The notes under the pieces are model-generated. The model worked only from the letters and a program-made list of their open reading frames with translations, did not search any database and had not been told where the DNA came from. 32,000 bases of DNA from positions 30,001-62,000 of the forward strand of contig JAUWGH010000002.1 of assembly GCA_030606485.1 (NCBI GenBank), written 5' to 3'. Below, piece after piece: positions 8,127-17,170 of the stretch (position 1 is the first letter of the stretch; each line of letters begins with the position of its first letter). The position numbers and the translations under genes are program-made. Source of the DNA: Promethearchaeota archaeon (GTDB taxonomy: Archaea; Asgardarchaeota; Lokiarchaeia; Sigyniarchaeales; SOKP01).

Positions 8127-9482
8127 TTGGGAGATATGAATTTAGAACCTTTTTTTAATCCGAAATCTTTAGTAATAATTGGCGCTTCAAGAAAAGAATT
8201 TACATTTAACCAAACTGTTTTAAGGAACTTATTAGATATCAGATTTAGGGGAAATATTTACATAATTAATCCAAATACAGATGAGCTTTTGGGTATCCGA
8301 TCTTATAATGATCTCTCATCACTGCCTGAAGTTCCAGAATTAGCAATAATTATGCTAAGAAATAATTTAAAAGATTTATTCGAAGAATTGGGAAAATTTG
8401 GTATAAAAAATGTAATGATTGAATCAGAATTAGGAGAAAAAAGCATAAATGGGAAGGTAATTCAAGAATTGGGAGAAACTTGTTACAAATATGATATTAG
8501 ATATATGGGTCCCTCTATGATTGGTGTCATGAATTATATTGATAATTTTACAACTTCGATTATTCCAGTTAGACGTCATATTCTTCAAAAAAATCGTGGA
8601 TTAAAATATGGAGTTAGCATAATTATCGAATCAGGAGGGCTCGCAGGGGGATTAGGGTGGTGGAGTCCATCTCAAAATTTACCTATTTCAAAAGTAATAC
8701 ATCTTGGTGAAGGATATAAAATTGACATTGCAGATACGCTATTTTATCTAGAAAAAGATGAGACAACAAGAGTTATTGCTCTTTTTTTAAGACAAATCGA
8801 TCAAACATTAATTGATGCAGTATCAAATATTGCACCAATTAAACCAATTCTATTTTTTTATGTTGGAAAAGATACTGTTGCTGAAGAATCATTGAAAACA
8901 GCTGGGGGTCTTGCAGTTCAAAATTATATTGAACTTTTTGAATTCTCAAAATTATTTCTCTGGCTTCCAAAACCAGGTGGAAATAAATTAGGAATTATAG
9001 GACCATCTTCCGGCGCAATTTTATTAATCGTTAAAGAAATGAGAAAACAAGGTCTCAGTTTGGCAAAACCTTCGCAAATGAGTCAAGATTTAATATCAAT
9101 GAAAATTGGTGGATCGACTTGTGAATATGGCAATCCAGTGGATTATTGGCCCCCAAAGAAGTTCATAGGAACTGAGATTTGTACAATTTATTATTTAGGA
9201 AGTGAAATTTTATTAAATGATGATAATGTTGATGGTTTAATTTTAGCTCTAGAATTTTTTCAAGAAATTGAATTCGATTTCTATATTTTTTCCAAAATAA
9301 AAGAAAAATTCCCGAATAAACCAATAATCACTTTGTTGATCCAAGCGGAACAAGAAGGTGCAAAACGAGTTGTTGACATTACGACTGAATTAAAGATCCC
9401 TGTTTTTGAAAATGAAGTTGAACGAGCAGTTCGGGGCTATGCAATGCTGTTAAAATATTATAAAGATATAAAAAAAGAATAA
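8127..9482 (+). CDS. Acetate-CoA ligase (ADP-forming) alpha-like CoA-binding protein, lacking the phospho-His loop
   Basis: FFNPKSLVIIGAS, MGPSMIGV, ESGGL, GPSSGA, NPVD. The SHTG segment is absent after KPILFFYVGK. Confidence 0.8.
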   Translation: MGDMNLEPFFNPKSLVIIGASRKEFTFNQTVLRNLLDIRFRGNIYIINPNTDELLGIRSYNDLSSLPEVPELAIIMLRNNLKDLFEELGKFGIKNVMIESELGEKSINGKVIQELGETCYKYDIRYMGPSMIGVMNYIDNFTTSIIPVRRHILQKNRGLKYGVSIIIESGGLAGGLGWWSPSQNLPISKVIHLGEGYKIDIADTLFYLEKDETTRVIALFLRQIDQTLIDAVSNIAPIKPILFFYVGKDTVAEESLKTAGGLAVQNYIELFEFSKLFLWLPKPGGNKLGIIGPSSGAILLIVKEMRKQGLSLAKPSQMSQDLISMKIGGSTCEYGNPVDYWPPKKFIGTEICTIYYLGSEILLNDDNVDGLILALEFFQEIEFDFYIFSKIKEKFPNKPIITLLIQAEQEGAKRVVDITTELKIPVFENEVERAVRGYAMLLKYYKDIKKE

Positions 9483-9509
9483 TTTTTTATTAAAAAATTA
9501 AAAAAAAAA

Positions 9510-10760
9510 TTAACTAAAAATATTTTTCCATTTATCTGGAATCTTTACTCTTTCTTCCATAAGTGAAAGAACAAACACCTTTTCGCCACATTTACACTTT
9601 TCAGACTCAAATAGATAAAATTCAAATTTTTCCTCTGATTCAGTTTCAATCCAAGAACATTTTTGCACAATTGAAAACTCGGCAATTTCTCCACAAATAC
9701 AATGTATTGCTGTTTCAGGTGTATAATTTGGCATTATTAAACTAAAATCTTTGGTCTTCTCAAACTTGCAGGAATTTAATAGAGTATTAATGTCATCTTT
9801 TAACTCTTCTTTTAATTCAACTTCGAATTTTTCAATTTCTCCATTTAAAACTTTAATATTTTTTAAAATTAAAAAATTATCAACTTCTTCTGTTATCTTT
9901 TTAGGACCAATAGGTTCCATATATTTTTCTTTAATTATCTCTGGAATAGGAAATGGTTCTACTCCTGGGGGATATTCAAATGTGAAAAAATATTGTGTTA
10001 TTCCACCTCTTAATACCTGTTCATTGATCAATTTTAAATTCTTGTAATCGCTAGAACTTAATGAGAATTTGATTAATTCTAAAGGTATTTTCTTGTCAAG
10101 TAGAATATTATGGATATTATCTAATGTAATTTGAACAAATTCTTTTAATAAAAGTATTTTTTCTCTATTTTCTTGATAAAATATTTTTTTATTTTCCTCC
10201 TTAAAATCATTCCATTTTTGAACTATCCGAGAGCGTAAAAATTGTGGGAGAAAACATAGAAAACAAAGGGGAATCATAAGATAAAAAGTAAAATCAGGAG
10301 GTATGATATAAATAAGAATTACTAAAATACAAAGCGGTAACATACCGATTAAACCATTTTTTCTTAATTTTGAATTCAATGAGGTTGTTATGTCGTTTTC
10401 TTGAGCGATTTCTTCTGCTTTAGATTTTAAGTCTGAAATAGTAGGTTCTATTTGTTGTTGTTCAAAAGTTTCTTGCATAAAAGCTGCAGTAGTTTCATCT
10501 AATTCATTCATATTCTTCTTTAACATATCCATATATTTTTCTAAAATGCGATCTCGATAAATATAATCGAATATATCTTCAGAAATTGAATCTATAAATT
10601 TTGAAATAAAGAGTTGTTTTTCTATTTTAACTATAGTCTCTTGATCTAAACCTAAGGCTTCCTGAATTAATTGTCCTTGAGTTTTTTTAACAGGCTCCTC
10701 TTCATTTTCTGCTTCTTGTTCGGAGTTTTCAGAAGTATTAGTATCTTTTTCTCTTTTCAT
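9510..10760 (-). CDS. Hypothetical membrane-anchored protein: acidic N-terminus, 2 TM helices, Cys-rich C-terminal domain
   Basis: Long ORF. ATG 10760 (MKREK) is preferred over TTG 10820. Two adjacent hydrophobic helices, plus CICG and CKCG motifs. Confidence 0.7.
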   Translation of the reverse strand: MKREKDTNTSENSEQEAENEEEPVKKTQGQLIQEALGLDQETIVKIEKQLFISKFIDSISEDIFDYIYRDRILEKYMDMLKKNMNELDETTAAFMQETFEQQQIEPTISDLKSKAEEIAQENDITTSLNSKLRKNGLIGMLPLCILVILIYIIPPDFTFYLMIPLCFLCFLPQFLRSRIVQKWNDFKEENKKIFYQENREKILLLKEFVQITLDNIHNILLDKKIPLELIKFSLSSSDYKNLKLINEQVLRGGITQYFFTFEYPPGVEPFPIPEIIKEKYMEPIGPKKITEEVDNFLILKNIKVLNGEIEKFEVELKEELKDDINTLLNSCKFEKTKDFSLIMPNYTPETAIHCICGEIAEFSIVQKCSWIETESEEKFEFYLFESEKCKCGEKVFVLSLMEERVKIPDKWKNIFS

Positions 10761-10869
10761 AATTAATTCAATAAAGCATAGAGACTTTATATAATTTATT
10801 CTATTGAGAATTAATCTCAAATGAAGAATTGATAAAAAGAGTGCTTAAATAAATTTAAATTATATTTAT

Positions 10870-11094
10870 TTAAGGCACAGACTCTACATATTTAACTTCA
10901 GGAATTACTTGTTTTAATGCTCTTTCAATCCCAAGTTTGAGAGTCATTTGCGAGTAAGCACATCCACGACAATGGCCTTGTAATCTTACTTTTACAACCC
11001 CATCATCCGTCACTTCAACAAGTTCAACATCGCCACCATCCATTTGCAACTGCGGCCTTATTTTTTCAATTATTTCATTTACTTTTTCTTTCAT
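10870..11094 (-). CDS. nifU: NifU/Nfu-type Fe-S cluster carrier
   Basis: IRPQLQMDGGDVELV...LQGHCRGC...TLKLGIE; GAGGT Shine-Dalgarno-like site upstream. Confidence 0.9.
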   Translation of the reverse strand: MKEKVNEIIEKIRPQLQMDGGDVELVEVTDDGVVKVRLQGHCRGCAYSQMTLKLGIERALKQVIPEVKYVESVP

Positions 11095-11347
11095 TTCAAA
11101 TTACCTCAGTTTTTTATAATAATTGATGTATTCAATTTAATAGCTATGGAATTAGCTTATTATCTGTTCTTATTATAAAATATAAGATATGTATTGTAAA
11201 TAAGTTTAAAGAATTTTATCAGTTAAAACTTTACCTTATAAAAAATAAAGTGAAAAAACTATTTTCCAAAACTTTCGTTTTGAAATAACCTTTTTCATAA
11301 ATATTGTTTAAATTTGGTGAAGAAGAAAAGCAGAAAAACATCTAATT

Positions 11348-12064
11348 TTACAAAGTTCGTCCAATTCCGTAATATATTAGTAATCCCGATGTAAACAATA
11401 CAATTATTACGAGAACACTATATATAGACTTGAATATTGGTTCTTGCCAAGTATTAAATAGTATGGCTCCATATAATGTAGATATCATTCCAGTGATACC
11501 AATAAGAAACATTTTCAATTTCTTTTTTAAATTTTGATCAATAAATTTACGGGATAATCGTATTGAATAAAAGATTGAAGGAACAACGATAAAAAAGGTA
11601 AAAAAAATATAGGCTAAAATAAAAAAAACCCAACTATAAACAGGTGTCCAATTTTCAGTGAGGGTTATTCCTCCTGGAAAAAGATGTATTGAAACACATC
11701 CTAAAGCATAAAAGAAAACAATAAGAAAATATTTCTTGTTAGTAAAATCCACTTTAAGAATAATATTTATAAAAGCAATAATAAAAATGAAAGAAAAGAT
11801 GGTTAAAAATGAAGCTAAATAATACAACAAATAAAGAACGATCTCTACTTCGGCAAAAGTCACTAAAAAATATATAATATTTATTGTCAAACCAGCACCC
11901 AGTATTATATAAAATGAACTCAAAGTTATTGATGCACGATCTCTTTTTCTTTTTAATACTTTGTATGCAATTATTAGCAAAAATAATACAAGAAATGGAT
12001 TCACGATAAGAATAAATAATGTCCGTATCCATTCTGTTCCTTGAAAAATCAAGATTCCCTCCAA
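11348..12064 (-). CDS. Stand-alone predicted 7-TM membrane protein
   Basis: Seven hydrophobic segments by inspection, a basic loop (RLSRKFIDQNLKKKLK) between TM5 and TM6, and no soluble output domain. Confidence 0.7.
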   Translation of the reverse strand: MEGILIFQGTEWIRTLFILIVNPFLVLFLLIIAYKVLKRKRDRASITLSSFYIILGAGLTINIIYFLVTFAEVEIVLYLLYYLASFLTIFSFIFIIAFINIILKVDFTNKKYFLIVFFYALGCVSIHLFPGGITLTENWTPVYSWVFFILAYIFFTFFIVVPSIFYSIRLSRKFIDQNLKKKLKMFLIGITGMISTLYGAILFNTWQEPIFKSIYSVLVIIVLFTSGLLIYYGIGRTL

Positions 12065-12176
12065 CGTAAATAATAATAATTTTTTTAAAAATTTTTTACC
12101 CTAAAATATCAATAATATAAATAGATATATATATTTAAACAATTAGGTGATGATTTATTCTAATTAATCTCTCTAA

Positions 12177-13031
12177 TTAACCAACTCTAAAATTAATTGG
12201 TTTCATTTGAATGTAATCATAACCTATAATATTTGGTGCTAAAATCTTTTGTTTAATTTTTAGTAATCCAGAGAAGATAACTTCAAAAGAAAGATAGGAT
12301 GCAATCATCCTTACCCATGGTGCAAATGATATAAGGGGAAGCTTTCCGGAGAGAAGTCCTTCAACCGTACCCTTTTCTCGATCATATGTTTTTAATATGC
12401 TTGGGAATTGTTGCATCATTTTAAGTATCCGTTTTTTCATATTCAAAAGAAGTTCTTTAGACTCTTTGATCTCATTTATGGTCATTTCATTGGTATAAAA
12501 TCCATAACACGTTTCATAATCAATGCTTTTAGTAGTAAACCACCACGCCCAAAGATAAGGAATTCCCCAAGATTCCAACAGAGGAATGTTCCTCTTTAAA
12601 CATTCACGGGCGATTAAAATTGATGCAACTGGATCGTCAAGAGTTAAAACGGATGTTGCTGTGTTTCTCAATAATTTAGAAATGTTTTTTTCACTAACTT
12701 CATAATATTTATAAACAGTTATATCTGAATCCTTTTTTCTGAGAAGCTTTTCGATTATATCAACTTTATATTTGCCTATATCCTCTCTAGTACATATTTG
12801 TCTATTAAGATTCGATTCCTTAAATGTTTGATTATCACATATTGTAAGATATTCGATCCCAGACATAGCAAGTTGCTCTGCCACTGATCCTCCTAGTCCA
12901 CCCAAGCCAAAAATAGTGATGGATGAACTTCGTAATTTTTCTTGTTCTAAAATTTTTATAGGTCCAATATTTCTTTTAATTCGATTCCAATAAGAATCTG
13001 ACCAATTTTGTGGTCTTCTTTTTTCAAACAT
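12177..13031 (-). CDS. ThiF/MoeB/E1-like adenylyltransferase
   Basis: GLGGLGG nucleotide-binding loop, SNLNRQ, IGKYKV; no CxxC zinc pairs. Confidence 0.85.
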   Translation of the reverse strand: MFEKRRPQNWSDSYWNRIKRNIGPIKILEQEKLRSSSITIFGLGGLGGSVAEQLAMSGIEYLTICDNQTFKESNLNRQICTREDIGKYKVDIIEKLLRKKDSDITVYKYYEVSEKNISKLLRNTATSVLTLDDPVASILIARECLKRNIPLLESWGIPYLWAWWFTTKSIDYETCYGFYTNEMTINEIKESKELLLNMKKRILKMMQQFPSILKTYDREKGTVEGLLSGKLPLISFAPWVRMIASYLSFEVIFSGLLKIKQKILAPNIIGYDYIQMKPINFRVG

Positions 13032-13102
13032 AATTAATCTCTAAAATTAATCTATAATAATTTATAAATCAAAATGTTTGGTGAGATGTGTTATGATAAC
13101 AC

Positions 13103-14132
13103 TTAGAGTGTGAATTCTAAAATTAAATGTGTTCGAGGATTGGATAAATCTAGTTTGAATTTAGCAATTTGAGCGGTTACTTTTTGGCTACTTTCAATGG
13201 GAGTTGATGAATATCGTATATGTCTTTTATATGCTAGATCAAACATATTTTTACTTAATAATAGCCCAACACCTTTTTTACGATGCTCTTTATCTACTGC
13301 AATAGTAAACGGAGCGAAGGAGTCATAATTTCCTTGTTCATTTCTTCTGAATGGATTGGGAGTACTAGCCATACAACCAACTATCTCACCAGTTTTTTTA
13401 TATCTCACAAAAAGGAACATAAAAAGAGCTCCATATTCTTTCACAAATAGTACATAATTATGAAAGAGACTCCCGCTGTCTGGAGTTAATATTGATTCAG
13501 GTGCCAAATTTCTAGCATTTATTTCTAAAAAGATCCTTTTGAGGCTCATTAATTCGTCCCAATCTTTGGGATGGAACAGCTCATATTCACTAAAGTCAAA
13601 TTTATCCATTTCTTTTTCAGGAATCCTTTTGAAATATCCTTCCCACGATACCTCTTTAATCTTAACAAAAAAGCCATTTTTTATGAACAAATCCTGATAA
13701 ATAGGTGGATTCACAGGTTTACCAATAAAAAGGTCTGTTTTACTCCCTTCTTCCATAAAACCCCATCCATAGATAATCGTTGGAATATTAATTGGACCTC
13801 GAATTGATTTAAAATTATTATCTTTAGCATAGTTAATTAATGCCCTAATTAAAAATTCAATCTTTTCTTCATTATCATCTATAACACCAAAGAACCCAAA
13901 ATATAATGTCTCTCTATCACGGTAAAAAATTAGTACATGTCCTGCAATATGCCCTCTATCGATTATTTCAGTAAATAGTATAGATTTTGCATGAAAATGA
14001 TTGAGATCAAACAAGATATATTTACTAAATTCTGGCCATATAGGAATAGTGGTTCCTAATTGGAGATTTTTTAAAATTTCGTGAATATCACTAACAAAAT
14101 GTATATCTAATTTAATTTTTTTTTTTAATCAT
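13103..14132 (-). CDS. GNAT-like N-acetyltransferase (YghO-like), with a 1-nt frameshift in an A11 tract near the start
   Basis: FGFFG, IRGPIN, NPPIYQDLF and AVDKEHRKKGVG motifs. The track ORF starts at 14014, but its frame stays open up to the T11 run at 14116-14126. Deleting one base joins it to ATG 14132 (MIKKKIKLDIH..., 342 aa). Confidence 0.7.
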
Positions 14133-14152
14133 TTTAATTAACAATTATTGAT

Positions 14153-15370
14153 TCATATATTGAAAATATCCCAATTAGGATAAATTGTTTTAAGAAATTC
14201 CTCAGTTTCGCTAAGTAATTTTATATTCTTACTAATCTCATTCTTACAATATACAAAAACGATTATGTCTTCAAGAACCCTTTTTTGTTTATTATATCTC
14301 CAACTTGGAATATATCCTGTTGGTTTCAAACCTGCATTGAGGAAAATTATTTGATGGGTTGGTATATATGCCGATACAAAACATTCAAAATAACGAATAT
14401 TTGATTTCAATATCAATTCTTTTACTTGCTCTACAAAAACAAATAATTCTTCAATATTATCAACTTTATATGTTGTTTGTTCAATAGTTTGAATGAGTGA
14501 GTGATGGATAAATCTAATATTTGATTCACTATTTTTAATTGAAATCGTTATTAGTTCATTCCCAAACCTATCTTTTTCGATCCTCCTTATTAATTGATTT
14601 TTAATTTCACTAACTTTTGATTCATTGAATTTTAACTCAGGATTTTTAACGATAGGAATATCCAGATTATATTTTTTAAAAGCATAATAATAACATTTTA
14701 ACACTTGATGGGTAATCTTAGGTGTTTCTTTACTCCGATATTTCTGTAATGCTTCTTTATCATACATAATATAAATAAATTCAGATTCCTCACGATTAAA
14801 GAAAATATCTTTATTGGGTAAGAATGCAATTGGATCCAATCCTAAAAATCTTCCCATATATTGGGATTTTGTATGAGCTGAACGGACTTCACAATACCAT
14901 AATAGAACCTTATTTTTATAGAGTTTTAGAATTGAATACAAACACGCATTCGAGAGTTTTACAAGATCGGTTAGCCCTTGATGTGTTTTTTTGATAGCAA
15001 AACCATGAAATGTTCCACTTTTATTCTCAATATCTACATGAAAGGCGGTACAACCAATAACTTCATCTGCATTGATCTTAAACACTACCCAATGAAATTC
15101 CGGATCTTTTATCATTTTTTGAACTTCTATTTCATCTTCCAGTTCTTTGTAAGGGTAAGAACCGCGATACACCTCCTTAAAAATCTGTGCTATTTCTTTA
15201 GCTTCACTTGGCTTTGCTAGTTGAATGCTCGGTTTAATTTTACGACTTGATTTAGTACTAAAAGAAATTCCTTTATGAAGATTAAGGTCTCTAAATTTTG
15301 GAAAAGAATTAAGAAAATCTTCAATAGTTCTTACGGGTTTTTTAGTAATAATTTCTTTTTTTAACATCAT
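14153..15370 (-). CDS. Tandem GNAT-fold protein
   Basis: IQLAKPSEAKEIAQIFKEVY...EVIGC...FAIKKTHQG (GNAT motif A region); second half ends with IFLNAGLKPTGYIP. Confidence 0.65.
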   Translation of the reverse strand: MMLKKEIITKKPVRTIEDFLNSFPKFRDLNLHKGISFSTKSSRKIKPSIQLAKPSEAKEIAQIFKEVYRGSYPYKELEDEIEVQKMIKDPEFHWVVFKINADEVIGCTAFHVDIENKSGTFHGFAIKKTHQGLTDLVKLSNACLYSILKLYKNKVLLWYCEVRSAHTKSQYMGRFLGLDPIAFLPNKDIFFNREESEFIYIMYDKEALQKYRSKETPKITHQVLKCYYYAFKKYNLDIPIVKNPELKFNESKVSEIKNQLIRRIEKDRFGNELITISIKNSESNIRFIHHSLIQTIEQTTYKVDNIEELFVFVEQVKELILKSNIRYFECFVSAYIPTHQIIFLNAGLKPTGYIPSWRYNKQKRVLEDIIVFVYCKNEISKNIKLLSETEEFLKTIYPNWDIFNI

Positions 15371-15425
15371 TTACAAACACCTACTCTATATGTCTGTATA
15401 GAATTAATTTTATATTTCGAAAAGA

Positions 15426-15818
15426 TTAAAAAAATGGACCATATTTGATGTAAGTTTCTATTAATGTATGGCGCAAAAACTGTATTCTAGAATTATCTGG
15501 ATTCAATCGTCCTGCCTTTTCAATAGTTTTTTTTGCCGTATCGATATTTCCTTGATCAACTAAAGTAATCGTGAGTAATCCCCACGCCTCTTCCTTTGAT
15601 ACGTTAAGTTCAGTTGCTGAAGTAAAGCATTCTATAGCTTCTTCTTTTTTTCCTAAACGGCGTTTTGCTATACCAAGTAGAAGCCAAGCCTCATCATTTG
15701 CGGGATCTTTTTTTACTATTTTATCTAGGTACTTTTCTGCTTTAACATTTTTTTTTTCGTCTAAATATTCCGTTGCCTTACTGATCTGCTTTTCTAAGAA
15801 TGATTTATCTAGTTGCAT
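15426..15818 (-). CDS. TPR-repeat protein
   Basis: DPANDEAWLLLGIA...EEAIECF and EAWGLL...AGRLNPDN. Confidence 0.85.
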   Translation of the reverse strand: MQLDKSFLEKQISKATEYLDEKKNVKAEKYLDKIVKKDPANDEAWLLLGIAKRRLGKKEEAIECFTSATELNVSKEEAWGLLTITLVDQGNIDTAKKTIEKAGRLNPDNSRIQFLRHTLIETYIKYGPFF

Positions 15819-16087
15819 GTTTCTGTCAATTCTATAAAATTTTACTTGTTAATTTTAATCTTATATCGATTGTATATTTATATATATCTATTATTGGATA
15901 ACTAATTCTAATTAAATGATTTTTTTTATAAGGATTTTGTAATTAATAACAAAAGAAAATAAATTTTTATATTCAATTTTAAGAATTTTTATCAAAAATT
16001 TCTTTATTCAATTCAGAAATAATTTTAAATGCCTTTCTAAATATAAAGTGTTTTTTAATAAATTAGTCCTTAAATAATAAAATTTGA

Positions 16088-16348
16088 CTAAAATAATTGA
16101 GGGTGCTTTTTTTCGATATTATTTAATGTAAAAACTAAATCAGTAAGTAATTTTTCATTAGGATGTTTATTTATTGTTTCACTTAAAATATCTAAAATTT
16201 GATGAGCAATCGTGTTATCTTGTTCAGAAAGATTAGATTTATTATTGAATAATAAATCGAATTCCTCTTCAAACCAAATCAATTCTATTCGAAACTCTCT
16301 TTTTGAGATTTTGTAATAATCAAATTCTAAAATCCTACATCCCCTCAA
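16088..16348 (-). CDS. Small hypothetical helical protein
   Basis: 86-aa ORF with amphipathic-helix composition in an otherwise stop-rich region; start uncertain. Confidence 0.55.
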   Translation of the reverse strand: MRGCRILEFDYYKISKREFRIELIWFEEEFDLLFNNKSNLSEQDNTIAHQILDILSETINKHPNEKLLTDLVFTLNNIEKKHPQLF

Positions 16349-16569
16349 CTGCTAATAACGACAATAATAAAAAAATTACTGAACTAATATAAAATAAAAA
16401 AATTAATGCTTAAATACTTATTTTTAGCAACGGATTTTCACGAAAGTATTGGGAAAAAAAGGATTTTTGAAGAAAATATTTTTTAATTAAAATAAATACC
16501 AATAGATTGGATTAAATAATTTGAAATTTATCATATTTTAAATCATATTTTTAATAATTATAAGATTAT

Positions 16570-16953
16570 TTAAAACGGAAAATTTGGGCGAATTTTAATT
16601 TCATCTTTCCCATGAATAATTTCTTTTAAATCATTCGCTATTGTTTTTATATCATAATTACCTTCTACTTTTACATTATATATCTCTAAATATTTTTCAT
16701 CATCATTTTTATTTTTATGAATTTCGTAAATAGAAATGGAGTAGGTCTTTATTTTATGTGAATTAGAAACTATAATACGCCGAGGATATTTTCTTTTTGA
16801 ATATGGGCTTTTTTCTCTTAATGTTATTTTAAAATTATTTTCGTTATTCTTGATATCCTCTAAAAATATATTATTACATTTATCAATTATGTTTAAAAGT
16901 GTTTTAATTTTATTGCGAGTCATTTCTGATTTTTTTTTAGAAATATCTTTCAT
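16570..16953 (-). CDS. Hypothetical basic protein
   Basis: 127-aa ATG ORF with genome-typical codon use; no motif recognised. Confidence 0.6.
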   Translation of the reverse strand: MKDISKKKSEMTRNKIKTLLNIIDKCNNIFLEDIKNNENNFKITLREKSPYSKRKYPRRIIVSNSHKIKTYSISIYEIHKNKNDDEKYLEIYNVKVEGNYDIKTIANDLKEIIHGKDEIKIRPNFPF

Positions 16954-17170
16954 TTTGCGTGAAAATGCTTTCTTTTAAAAACTCTAACCCTAAATTTATT
17001 TATAAATCTCCTCAAAAACCCCTTTGAAAAAATTTATACTCTCTCATAGATAATAGTTTTTGCATTTAAAAACCTATTTTTACGGATATTGCTCATAATA
17101 ATAATAAAATTAAAAAGAGAAATTTTAAAAGGAAATTTTTTTTTATTTTACGATGAATTTATATGATTTT

